Below are positions 40,616 through 50,144 of a stretch of 64,000 bases of DNA, piece by piece. The notes beneath the pieces are model-generated. The model was not told the origin of the DNA and searched no databases. It saw only the letters and a program-made list of their open reading frames with translations. The stretch is from Candidatus Latescibacterota bacterium. Its GTDB lineage: Bacteria; Latescibacterota; UBA2968. Position 1 is the first letter of the stretch; each line of letters begins with the position of its first letter. Location of the stretch: positions 96,001 to 160,000 of the forward strand of contig OZ242311.1 in the NCBI GenBank assembly GCA_965207885.1, written 5' to 3'. A program made the position numbers and the translations under genes.

Positions 40616-41446
40616 ATGGACGCGAAAAAATGGTTGCAACACTGCGCCACAGAAGCGCAACTCAGGCAATTTAATGACGAGGGATATTTGATCGTCGAAG
40701 ACGCCCTATCACCCGACCTGCTCGCGCGATTGAATGACGCCGTCGATCGGGTAGAAGCGCGGGAACGCGAGGCAAAAGGACTGAAACCAGATGCATTATT
40801 GAAAAAATTCCGAACTGTTGTGGAAGACGATGTCTTTCTGGAATTACTCGATAATCCCAAAACATTCCCGCTATTATGGGATATTTTGGGATGGAATATC
40901 CAGCTCTATATCTCCCATCTGATCGTATATCCCCCCGAGGAAAAGAAACGCGAGATACACCAGGGCGGCTGGCATCAAGACGGCGGGCGCCCTGTACCCG
41001 AGATGGAACGCCCCCACCCGCGTCTATCCCTGAAAATCAGCTACTGGTTAAGCGATGTGGACACGCCGGAACACGGCGCAATGCAAATTGTGCCGCGCAG
41101 TCACAAACTGGACACAAAACCCGAAGAATACGATGTGATGCCCGTATGTGTCAAAGCGGGAACAGCCGTCCTCTTTGACCGCAGAATGTGGCACCGGCGG
41201 GGGATTAACACATCCGACGTCACGCGCCGCGTGCTATTCTTTGGCTACAGCTATCGCTGGCTGCGGGGGCTGGATTACAACCTCATGCCCGAAAACATAC
41301 TCAGCAAATGCGACCCCATCCGCCGCCAGCTACTCGGCGATGGCATAGACGTCAAAGGATGGTGGCAACCCACAGAAGCCGACGTCCCCCTCAAAAGTTG
41401 GCTGCGCGAACACCGGGGCGAAGAATATCTCGAAGCACTGGGATAG
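40616..41446 (+). CDS. PhyH family dioxygenase
   Basis: WHQDGG, GAMQIVPRSH, FDRRMWH; AAGGAG RBS before ATG 40616. Confidence 0.9.
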   Translation: MDAKKWLQHCATEAQLRQFNDEGYLIVEDALSPDLLARLNDAVDRVEAREREAKGLKPDALLKKFRTVVEDDVFLELLDNPKTFPLLWDILGWNIQLYISHLIVYPPEEKKREIHQGGWHQDGGRPVPEMERPHPRLSLKISYWLSDVDTPEHGAMQIVPRSHKLDTKPEEYDVMPVCVKAGTAVLFDRRMWHRRGINTSDVTRRVLFFGYSYRWLRGLDYNLMPENILSKCDPIRRQLLGDGIDVKGWWQPTEADVPLKSWLREHRGEEYLEALG

Positions 41447-41534
41447 CGATTGACCAGAAAAACAGAAAGAGCCATAACAGATAAATGTTATGGCTCTTTG
41501 TTTTATACTCAGAGGGAAAAATCCCATCAGATTC

Positions 41535-42359
41535 TCATCCTCCTTCACCAAAAGACCACAGCTTGAGAATCGTCTTACACAAAATCCATTCGAGATCGTC
41601 ATCATTAAAGAACATGTGGTCGCGTATCAAATCCAGAGACCCTCTGTACCCACAACTCCTGAACACATGGGGAAAATCCGTACCCCACATCAAACGCTCG
41701 GGACCGTACACATCGTAAATGCGCTTGATCATATCGTGCGTATCGCGATGCGGATAGGGCATATTGGATCGCTGTCCCACATTTGAAATCTTAACATGAA
41801 CATTGGGATATTGTCCCCAATTGAGCAAATTGGTCAGCAGTGGTTTGGGATCCGGCTCACCCACGGGAATACCGGCAATGTGATCAACCACAACATTGAC
41901 CTCGGGAAAACGGGCAATAATGGGTTCAACAGGCGCGTGATCCTCAGCCCCACCAAACAGATTGAAACACAGGCCCAGATCCCGGGCACGCGCCCACAGC
42001 GGATCCTTGTCAGATGCAGCCAAACCTGCAGGATCTCCATAACGCGACAAATGAATGCGCATCCCGCCAAAACCCTCTTCCCTGTGCAAACGCTCCAGCT
42101 CATCTGCAGCATCGGGCGACGTGGGATCCACAAGCGCCTGCGCCGCCAGCTTATCCGGATACTGCTTGAGACAATCGGCAACATACCGATTATCAAAAAG
42201 ATAGTGAATCGGCTGAACAATAACCGCTTTATCCACCCCTGCGTCCGCCATCGTCTCAAACAAAAGCTCGACCGAACCCGCCTCATGCGGTCGGCTGGGA
42301 CCGTAGGGATAAGTTTCTTCGTCATCGCTCCACACGTGGAGATGGGGATCAATAATCAT
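41535..42359 (-). CDS. Amidohydrolase_2 family protein
   Basis: IIDPHLHVW, VVDHIA, RLMWGTDFP; AGGAGG RBS before ATG 42359. Confidence 0.88.
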   Translation of the reverse strand: MIIDPHLHVWSDDEETYPYGPSRPHEAGSVELLFETMADAGVDKAVIVQPIHYLFDNRYVADCLKQYPDKLAAQALVDPTSPDAADELERLHREEGFGGMRIHLSRYGDPAGLAASDKDPLWARARDLGLCFNLFGGAEDHAPVEPIIARFPEVNVVVDHIAGIPVGEPDPKPLLTNLLNWGQYPNVHVKISNVGQRSNMPYPHRDTHDMIKRIYDVYGPERLMWGTDFPHVFRSCGYRGSLDLIRDHMFFNDDDLEWILCKTILKLWSFGEGG

Positions 42360-42369
42360 AATAAACCTC

Positions 42370-43281
42370 CTAAAAGCCACTCGGCGTATCTTGCAAAATT
42401 TTTTCAATACGTTCCAATTCATCATCCGAAAAATCGACATCTGCCGCGCCGACGTGTTCTTTGACCTGATCGGGATTTTTCGCACCAACGAGCACACATG
42501 TTACCTCCTCGCGGCGAAGAAGCCAGGCAATGGCGAGTTGGACCATAGTCATATTCTTGTCTGCGGCGACAGACTGTAACTCATCTGCCACTGCGAGATA
42601 ACGGGCAAATAAATCGCCTTGAAAGCGAGATGAATTCGCGCGCTCGTCGTCTTCGTCGAAGATGTGGTCGGGCGTATATTTGCCCGTAAGCAAACCTTTT
42701 CCCAGGGGACTGTGCGCGAGAATGCCAATACCCGTTTGTCTGCAAAAATCCAGGTCCTCGGCTTCAATATTTCGGTCAAACATATTGTAGCGAGGCTGAT
42801 TTGAATGAAATGGGGCAATATCGTACGCTTGTTGCATCTGTGCCGCATTGAAATTGGAAACCCCGATAAAGCGCGTCTTGCCCTGTTCTTGCAGCCGGGC
42901 CATAGTTTCCATACTCTCTTCAATGGGATATTGCGGATTCCAACTGTGGATTTGATACAAATCTACGTAATCGACATCGAGATTCCGCAGGCTATTTTCA
43001 ATGGCGTTTTCAATATCCCCTCGAGAATATTGACGACTGACTTTCGTTGCCAGAAAGCACCGCTCGCGATAGCCATCTTTGAGCGCTCTGCCCAGTGTGG
43101 CCTCGCTGGTGCGATATGCCTGTGCAGTATCGAGCAGGGTAATACCGCTGTCAATAGCAGTACGCACAGTATCAATACTATCCCTATCGCCCATATTGCC
43201 CATACCGCCGCCAATGGGCCAGGCACCCAGGCCAATAACCGGGATGTCGGCACCGTCTTTGCCTAATTGTCGATGGTTCAT
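42370..43281 (-). CDS. Aldo/keto reductase
   Basis: GLGAWPIGG, DTAQAY, LATK, DLYQIH, IGVSNF, SPLGKGLLTGK; AAGGAG RBS before ATG 43281. Confidence 0.92.
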   Translation of the reverse strand: MNHRQLGKDGADIPVIGLGAWPIGGGMGNMGDRDSIDTVRTAIDSGITLLDTAQAYRTSEATLGRALKDGYRERCFLATKVSRQYSRGDIENAIENSLRNLDVDYVDLYQIHSWNPQYPIEESMETMARLQEQGKTRFIGVSNFNAAQMQQAYDIAPFHSNQPRYNMFDRNIEAEDLDFCRQTGIGILAHSPLGKGLLTGKYTPDHIFDEDDERANSSRFQGDLFARYLAVADELQSVAADKNMTMVQLAIAWLLRREEVTCVLVGAKNPDQVKEHVGAADVDFSDDELERIEKILQDTPSGF

Positions 43282-43380
43282 ATAGACTCCTTTATAATAA
43301 TAAGGTGCAGGTTCTGTGCTTGATATTAAGCGCGTGATATGATACCTTGATCTCAACACATTAACCAGAACGGTCTTTTC

Positions 43381-44550
43381 ATGCCACTAATCAATACACC
43401 CAACGAACTCGAAACCCTTGTCAACCGCGCCCTGGACGCGCCCTGTGTAGGCATTGATACAGAATTTGTCTGGGAACAAACCTATTATCCGCGCCTGGGC
43501 ATTATACAGGTGGGACTTTCAGAAAATGATTGCCACCTGATAGATGCCGTCACATTATCGGATCTATCGCCTCTGGGAACCTTATTATCAGACCCCCACA
43601 CCGTGAAAATTTTGCACGATGCACAGCAAGACCTCTGGATTTTAAGACGAATAACAGATGCCATCCCCTGCAATATATTCGATACGCGCTGTGCAGCGGG
43701 CTTCGCGGGTTTGAGTTCAAACCTATCGCTGGGCAATCTATTGCGCATGCGTCTCAATATACAATTACCCAAAACAGAAACGCGCACAGACTGGTTGAGG
43801 CGACCATTATCGAACAAACAACTCGAATATGCCCTGGATGACGTGCGCTTTTTGCCCGCCCTTCGCGAACATATCCTGACCGACATACAGCGACGAGGCC
43901 GAGAAAACTGGCTGGCAGAAGAACTCCGTCAGTACGATATCGCCAAATTGTACGATGACCGCGCCCCCGAAGAACAATATACGCGCATAAAAGGCACGGG
44001 ACGACTATCGAGACGCGATATGGCCATCGTGCGCGAACTGGCCGCCTGGCGCGAAAAAAAAGCGCGACAGGTAGATCGCCCCAGAAATCGCGTGATAAGC
44101 GACGACGCCATCGTGCAAATTGCCCGGCGCAAGCCGCAATCAATTCAGTCGTTAAAACGAGTGCGGGGCATTGCGAGGGCAACCATAAATCAGTACGGCA
44201 ATAGCCTCCTCAACACTGTACAGCGCGGATTGGCAATCGACGAAAAAAATTGCCCGCCCATATCGCTACCTGTGCGACCCGATCCCTTTGAGGATGCGCG
44301 TCTCGACCTCGCCATGGCATTTATGCGCGGACAATGTCTATCAGAAGGAATCGACATCGCAATGGTGGCATCGCGATCAGAAGTCAAAGAATTCATTTCC
44401 TCCCAAAAAAATGCGACAGATAATCCGTTGCACACAGGTTGGCGACGCGAATTTCTGGGCGCAGACCTCACTGCGCTCTTAACTGGCAAACACGCCATCG
44501 GCATCAATCCCAACACCCGCTTGCCAAACTTGCTCCGCGATAAACCATAA
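43381..44550 (+). CDS. rnd: Ribonuclease D (DEDDy exonuclease + HRDC)
   Basis: GIDTEFVWEQTYYPRLGIIQ, DWLRRPLS..YALDDV, WRE..A..DRP, GWRREF. Confidence 0.9.
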   Translation: MPLINTPNELETLVNRALDAPCVGIDTEFVWEQTYYPRLGIIQVGLSENDCHLIDAVTLSDLSPLGTLLSDPHTVKILHDAQQDLWILRRITDAIPCNIFDTRCAAGFAGLSSNLSLGNLLRMRLNIQLPKTETRTDWLRRPLSNKQLEYALDDVRFLPALREHILTDIQRRGRENWLAEELRQYDIAKLYDDRAPEEQYTRIKGTGRLSRRDMAIVRELAAWREKKARQVDRPRNRVISDDAIVQIARRKPQSIQSLKRVRGIARATINQYGNSLLNTVQRGLAIDEKNCPPISLPVRPDPFEDARLDLAMAFMRGQCLSEGIDIAMVASRSEVKEFISSQKNATDNPLHTGWRREFLGADLTALLTGKHAIGINPNTRLPNLLRDKP

Positions 44551-44558
44551 TGCGCGCC

Positions 44559-45170
44559 TCACACCTCTTCAACCTGCGCCTGTCCTCTCGTGAGATTCCC
44601 CACTGCCTGCTTGAAAGGGCCAACCTGTTCTTCAGGCATAGCCAGTTCACATGTAATATCGGCCCCAAAATCTTCAGCGACAATACGTGCTTCAAAATCC
44701 GGAAGCAACCACTTGAAAGATTCATAAGCCGCATAGTCAATCGTCGCCAAAACAGCGACGCGCGTCACGCGCTCCGTACACTGAACCTTCTCAAGCGCGT
44801 GTTGAACGCCACCTGAATAAGCCCGCACAAGCCCGCCCTTGCCCAACTTTGTCCCGCCAAAATAGCGCGTCACCACCACTACCACGTCGCCGAGACCCGA
44901 ATGCGCGAGCACAGTCAGCATAGGACGACCAGCCGTACCGTGCGGCTCTCCATCATCGCTCATCCCCACATTGCCAGTCGTGCCTGGCGGCCCGATCAGA
45001 AATGCCCAGCAATTGTGTGAAGCGTCTGGAAATTCGGCGCGAATTTGATCGATAAATATTCGAGCCTCTTCTCGTGCCGGTGTATGCGCCAACGTCGTAA
45101 TAAAGCGACTACGCTTAATTTCGTCTTCCACGCGGCATATCTCGGCGGGAATGGGATAGCGATTAGGCAT
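44559..45170 (-). CDS. yigZ: YigZ/IMPACT family protein
   Basis: IKRSRFI, ASHNCWAF, SDDGEPHGTAG, VTRYFGGTKLGKGGLVRAY; start taken at MPNRY. Confidence 0.88.
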   Translation of the reverse strand: MPNRYPIPAEICRVEDEIKRSRFITTLAHTPAREEARIFIDQIRAEFPDASHNCWAFLIGPPGTTGNVGMSDDGEPHGTAGRPMLTVLAHSGLGDVVVVVTRYFGGTKLGKGGLVRAYSGGVQHALEKVQCTERVTRVAVLATIDYAAYESFKWLLPDFEARIVAEDFGADITCELAMPEEQVGPFKQAVGNLTRGQAQVEEV

Positions 45171-45175
45171 AAGAG

Positions 45176-47152
45176 CTACCACCCGTGAACAGAATGCCCT
45201 TCTTCCGGGAAAAAGGTAAAATCGACAATAGAAGACACACCAACGCCGACGACATAACCGATCACAAGGCCAAAAAACAAAGGAATACAGCGCCGATAGA
45301 GCGAAATGCCACCAATGCGCAGAATAATGAGCTTGGACGCCCAGGTCAGAAAAATACTGAAAGCATAGACCCGAGATCCCGACATCTTCTGAAAAGCCAG
45401 ACCCAGGGGATGCAAGGGCCACCACGGAATGCGATTGCGAAGAAGCATAAGCAGACCCGCTTGCCCAAACCCAAAAATCCAGACCGCTATCTTCCCCGGA
45501 TCAAAAACCGTTTTATCTGCGCCAACAATAGCGGAAACCATGCGATCGTACGTGCGAATATTGGACCCGCTAAAACCCGACAGCCCTAAATTTTGACCCG
45601 CGTAATTATATCCCAAATGCACAATAAAAAGACACGACCCGAAGAAACCCGAGGCAAAAGCCAACAGAACAATCCAGAAAACCCAGCGACGGCGGACATC
45701 ATTCCCCAAAAGTTTGAGATGATGAGGCAGCGCGGGCCATGCGGGAATGCGCGAATTGCCAAAAAATGCACTCGAATTAATCACGCCCAATGCAACGGTA
45801 TTTTGTTGCGTGAGCGTTGCAGTCCCCGTAAAAATCTCGACAATTTGCCCCCCCTTGCCCCCAACCGGAAAAAGATAAGAAAAACCGCTCGCCGCGGTGT
45901 ATTTCGCCACAGTAAAATACGCTGCATAAAGCAGTAAAAGGTGAAAAAGAGCGAGAAAAGGAGACAAACCCACCGCGATGAACCAGCCAAAAACAAAAAT
46001 AGTCGCCGCAATAAACCCGACCAATGCCAGACGATAAGATACCAGACCGTCATCTGCCTCTCCCGTCACGGCTGCGCGAAGAACATGTCGCAAATGGCCT
46101 CGCGCGACCCATACTGCCCACACCGCCAGAAAGATGAAAGCACCGTGAGATTCCAAAATCAGAATCTCGCTCGCTTCCGCCTGTTGCCCGGAAAGGCCCA
46201 CATTAAATCCAGTCCGAGCCATCACCCCTTCTTTGACAATAGCGATAAGGCGAAAAGCCCAGAAACTGAAGAGAATATCCAGATTACACATATAAGTAAG
46301 GCCCAAAACAGGAGGCAGAATACGCAAATAGAACGATGGAAAATTGCGCGCAATGGGCACCTCTTTGGTCAGATAACCGTCGTAAATGCCAATTCGGGGC
46401 AAGCTAATGGCAAAATAACCGAGAATATTCCAGACAAAAACACCGAAAACAATAAAAAACCCCACCCAGAAGAGTTTATTCCGAAAAATACCGGGTATAA
46501 CGCGACCGGGTTCATCAAAGCCCTCGGTCAATGCAATCGGAAAAGCCGCGAGAGGAAAAGTGAGACGCTCGTTCTCCTCCCATTGCTTTTGAAAAATGAC
46601 CGCAAGGCACAACCCAGCAACAACAAGGGCAATAGACACGGCGAACCACCAGTGCAGTGACGCCAACCAGCCGCGCCAGGGAATACTCGCACCATCGGGA
46701 AGGCCCTCGTAATACGTGCGAATAATCTCAGGCGCTGCCTGCGGCAAACACCACCACGGCAAAATGTCAAAAAGGACCTCCTCCCATCGATTCTCGGGCG
46801 AAGCGTAATAAAACGGCGTACTCACAATACCGCCCCAGTAGGTCGTCCATCCACTTGCCGAAACCGTACCCACAATCCACGACATACTGTAAATAACCAG
46901 AAGCTCTGTACCGCGCAAAGCCATGCGCGGCCATGCGAGCTTTAGAATGAGATTGATCACGAGCCACGCGACAAAGGGCAAGAGCATAGCCATGGACAAC
47001 TGCGACTTGACCAGCGAAGCAGACCCCAAAATCATGCCCGTGTAATCGCTGTAAATATTGAGCAATGCCGCAGTAGCCGCACCCAGGACAACAGATCGGA
47101 CGGTAATGCGCCGCGGGCGCGCAGGTTCGGGTTGTGATTGTGCAAGTGCCAT
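45176..47152 (-). CDS. Large polytopic membrane protein, DUF6785/DUF6784-like putative transporter
   Basis: About 16 hydrophobic segments; ITVRSVVLG, QWEENERLTFPL, WWPLHPLG, PLFFGL motifs. Confidence 0.7.
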   Translation of the reverse strand: MALAQSQPEPARPRRITVRSVVLGAATAALLNIYSDYTGMILGSASLVKSQLSMAMLLPFVAWLVINLILKLAWPRMALRGTELLVIYSMSWIVGTVSASGWTTYWGGIVSTPFYYASPENRWEEVLFDILPWWCLPQAAPEIIRTYYEGLPDGASIPWRGWLASLHWWFAVSIALVVAGLCLAVIFQKQWEENERLTFPLAAFPIALTEGFDEPGRVIPGIFRNKLFWVGFFIVFGVFVWNILGYFAISLPRIGIYDGYLTKEVPIARNFPSFYLRILPPVLGLTYMCNLDILFSFWAFRLIAIVKEGVMARTGFNVGLSGQQAEASEILILESHGAFIFLAVWAVWVARGHLRHVLRAAVTGEADDGLVSYRLALVGFIAATIFVFGWFIAVGLSPFLALFHLLLLYAAYFTVAKYTAASGFSYLFPVGGKGGQIVEIFTGTATLTQQNTVALGVINSSAFFGNSRIPAWPALPHHLKLLGNDVRRRWVFWIVLLAFASGFFGSCLFIVHLGYNYAGQNLGLSGFSGSNIRTYDRMVSAIVGADKTVFDPGKIAVWIFGFGQAGLLMLLRNRIPWWPLHPLGLAFQKMSGSRVYAFSIFLTWASKLIILRIGGISLYRRCIPLFFGLVIGYVVGVGVSSIVDFTFFPEEGHSVHGW

Positions 47153-47550
47153 AAGATTGTGATAAGGTGGCGTTCAAGTATCCAGTGATATGATATTTTG
47201 GGTAATGATATATCGCGCACTTGTCAAGAATGTATTGTATCGGGTTATTATAGATATGATCACTTTTTTTTGTGCTTGTAAAACCTGTATTTTTTTCTTC
47301 CCTAAAAACGCAACATGTTCTACATTATCAGTCCATTGCTTCATTTCCCCGCAATATCTTGTATATCCCCTATATCCCCTCTCATAGTTTTTATTTCGAC
47401 CATTGGTCTGCATATCGGCCCTTGGTCATAAAAATTAGACGCTATATCGTCTAATAGTAAAAACTCCTCTGCCTGATTTTTTCTTTTTTTGTCATTATAT
47501 ATTAAATAAAAACAATTATTTGTGAATGTGAGCGCCCGAACAGCCTCACA

Positions 47551-47567
47551 TTGGCATAGATATTGCA
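47551..47567 (+). promoter_or_regulatory. sigma54 (-24/-12) promoter candidate upstream of the redox cluster
   Basis: TTGGCATAGATATTGCA has exact GG-N10-GC spacing and is close to TGGCAC-N5-TTGCW; long AT-rich upstream region. Confidence 0.65.
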
Positions 47568-47748
47568 GATAAGTACTTATGTAGCAAGAAATCCCTCTTG
47601 AAAAGCGTGAAGGGGCGACCTCAAACTTGCAGCGCATAACTGTCTTTCTAACAGAACTCTTTGTGTCTCGCTGCACCTGATAATGGCATAACATCGGTAA
47701 ATTACGACAATCTGTAAAAAAAATATAATGTTCAAAAGGACAAAATAG

Positions 47749-49173
47749 ATGAGCACACACAGCTTAATAGCCGTGGTTAAACAGGACTGCCCGACCTGCA
47801 CCCTCATTGCACCAGTGCTTAGACAAATTGGAAAGCGGGACGATTCACTCGCGGTTTACACCCAGGACAATCCCGATTTTCCCACGGGAATTGCAAACCT
47901 TATTGACGACACCGGTCTGGAACACTCGTATCGACTCAATATCGAAACCGTACCGACCCTGCTCCGTTTTGAAAACGGGCGAGAAGTGGCGCGGACTGTT
48001 GGATGGCATCGCGGCGATTGGGAAACCGTATCGGGACTCAGCCCCCTCGGCGCAGACCTGCCCGAATCGCGCCCGGGATGCGGATCAAAAAGCATCGAAC
48101 CGGGCATAGCTGAAAAACTCGCCGTCCAATTTGGCGAAACCGTACTCGCCGCCCGGCGCATTGAAGTCGGCGCTCTCGAAGACGAAATAGAAACCTGTTT
48201 TGAGCGCGGCTGGAGCGACGGCCTGCCCGTTGTGCCACCCACCGAAGAACGCATCATGCGCATGCTATCGGGAACGACCCGCTCCCCCGACGAATTGGTG
48301 GGCATCGTCCCCCCCAATTACAACAAATGCACCGTAGAAAAAGTCGCCATCAACGCTGTCCTCGCCGGATGCAAACCCGAATACTTGCCCGTCGTACTCG
48401 CAGCGGTTGAAACCGCACTCACAGAGGCCTTTTGCATGCACGGACTGCTCGCCACCACATTCTTTGCAGGCCCCATGATCGTCGTCAACGGACCGATCAC
48501 ACGCGAAATCGGCATGAACGCGCGGGTCAACGCGCTCGGGCAGGGCAACCGCGCCAACGCGACCATCGGACGCGCCCTTCAACTCGTCATCCGCAACATC
48601 GGCGGCGGCGTCCCCGGAGGCATTGATCGCGCCACGCTCGGCAACCCGGGCAAATACACCTTCTGCTTTGCCGAACGCGAAGACGATTCCCCCTGGGAAT
48701 CCCTCGCCGTCGAAAGGGGATTCTCACCCGACGCATCCACAGTCTCGCTCTTTGCAGCCAGCGGCGTCACCCCCATCATGGATCAGGCATCCCGAGATCC
48801 CGACGCCCTGTGCCGATCCTTCGCCGCCTGCCTCAAAGCCGATGGCCATCCCAAACACGCAAATAGCCCGCTCCCCGTACTGGTCATATCGCCAGAACAC
48901 ACCCGTCGCTATGCAGACGCAGGCTGGTCAAAAATCCGATTCCGCGACACACTAAATCAGTATCTCCAACTCCCCGTCGCAGAACTGCTCTCAGGCGCGG
49001 GCGGCATCCCTGAAGGCATTTCAAAACAACGGACAAAAGACAACGAAACAATACCCAAATTTCGCAACAACACCTTGCACATCGTCCGCGCAGGCGGAGA
49101 CGCGGGCTTATTCTCTGCCCTCATCAGCAGTTGGGGAGGCAGCCAATCCATCACAAAGGAGATCACACCATGA
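47749..49173 (+). CDS. Thioredoxin-fold domain fused to the WxDGLPVVPPT domain that accompanies UGSC proteins
   Basis: KQDCPTC, IETVPTL, RPGCGS, GWSDGLPVVPPT, EKVAINAVLAGC, NRANATIGRA. Confidence 0.8.
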   Translation: MSTHSLIAVVKQDCPTCTLIAPVLRQIGKRDDSLAVYTQDNPDFPTGIANLIDDTGLEHSYRLNIETVPTLLRFENGREVARTVGWHRGDWETVSGLSPLGADLPESRPGCGSKSIEPGIAEKLAVQFGETVLAARRIEVGALEDEIETCFERGWSDGLPVVPPTEERIMRMLSGTTRSPDELVGIVPPNYNKCTVEKVAINAVLAGCKPEYLPVVLAAVETALTEAFCMHGLLATTFFAGPMIVVNGPITREIGMNARVNALGQGNRANATIGRALQLVIRNIGGGVPGGIDRATLGNPGKYTFCFAEREDDSPWESLAVERGFSPDASTVSLFAASGVTPIMDQASRDPDALCRSFAACLKADGHPKHANSPLPVLVISPEHTRRYADAGWSKIRFRDTLNQYLQLPVAELLSGAGGIPEGISKQRTKDNETIPKFRNNTLHIVRAGGDAGLFSALISSWGGSQSITKEITP

Positions 49174-49679
49174 AATTGCTCGACCCCACATCCGAACAAA
49201 AACCAGCACAGAGAGAACGGGTAAAACGCCCGCAATCACTCGACGGACTGACCATCGGGCTTCTCGACATATCCAAAAGCCGGGGCGACGTATTCCTCGA
49301 CCGCATCGAAACGCATCTCACACAGCGCAACCTCAAAGTCAACCGCTACATCAAACCCACATTCACGCGCCCGGCACCCATCGAACTCCAGCAACAAATC
49401 GTCACCGAGTGCGATGTCGTCGTCGAAGGCCTGGCGGATTGAGGGTCCTGCACAACGTGCAGTGTGCACGACACGACCAACCTGGAAACGCGCGGCATAC
49501 CCACCGTCTTTGTCGCATCCGAGCCGTTCCGAGAAGCAGCCGATGCCCAATCCACCGCCCTGGGATTTAATCCCGCTCGCGTCTTTGTCGCCCATCCCAT
49601 CCAGGATCGCACCGACGAAGAAATGCAGGCACTTGCCGATGGCGCTATCGAACGCATCTTGAAAAGAATTAGTAGATAA
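49170..49679 (+). CDS. UGSC-family selenoprotein (169 aa; in-frame TGA at 49440-49442 = Sec91)
   Basis: ORFs 49131-49442 and 49464-49679 are in one frame; read-through gives EGLAD-U-GSCTTCSVHD..E.RGIPTV; AAGGAG RBS and ATGA overlap at 49170. Confidence 0.88.
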
Positions 49680-49697
49680 AAAAGGATCTACCCCCCA

Positions 49698-50105
49698 ATG
49701 AACGACGAAAAAATCACCAAAACAGACCGAGAATGGCGGGAACAACTCACGCCCGAACAATACTACGTCTGTCGTCAAAAAGGCACGGAACGCGCCTTCA
49801 CCGGCATGTACTGGGACTGCCGTGAAGAAGGCGTATATCGCTGTGCATGTTGCAATGCCGAACTCTTCCGCTCAGAACAGAAATTCGACTCCCACTGCGG
49901 ATGGCCCAGCTTTTTTGACGCCATTGGCCCCGAACGCATCAACCAGCACGAAGACTTGAGCTTTGGCATGCGCCGCATCGAAGTCACCTGCGCCCGCTGC
50001 GACGCCCACCTGGGCCACATCTTCGACGACGGACCCGCCCCCACGGGCCTGCGCTATTGCATCAACTCCGTCGCCATTGATCTGGACCGCGATGAAGAAT
50101 CGTGA
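49698..50105 (+). CDS. msrB: Peptide methionine (R)-sulfoxide reductase
   Basis: [45 protein letters not shown]. Confidence 0.96.
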   Translation: MNDEKITKTDREWREQLTPEQYYVCRQKGTERAFTGMYWDCREEGVYRCACCNAELFRSEQKFDSHCGWPSFFDAIGPERINQHEDLSFGMRRIEVTCARCDAHLGHIFDDGPAPTGLRYCINSVAIDLDRDEES

Positions 50106-50144
50106 AACATAGTTTCCTCATGAGAACCTCACGGACCGAAAAAA

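Noticed and set aside
49131-49679. Two small genes or a nonsense pseudogene
   Set aside because: Same frame and TGA sits exactly in the UGSC motif; Sec read-through is the simpler explanation
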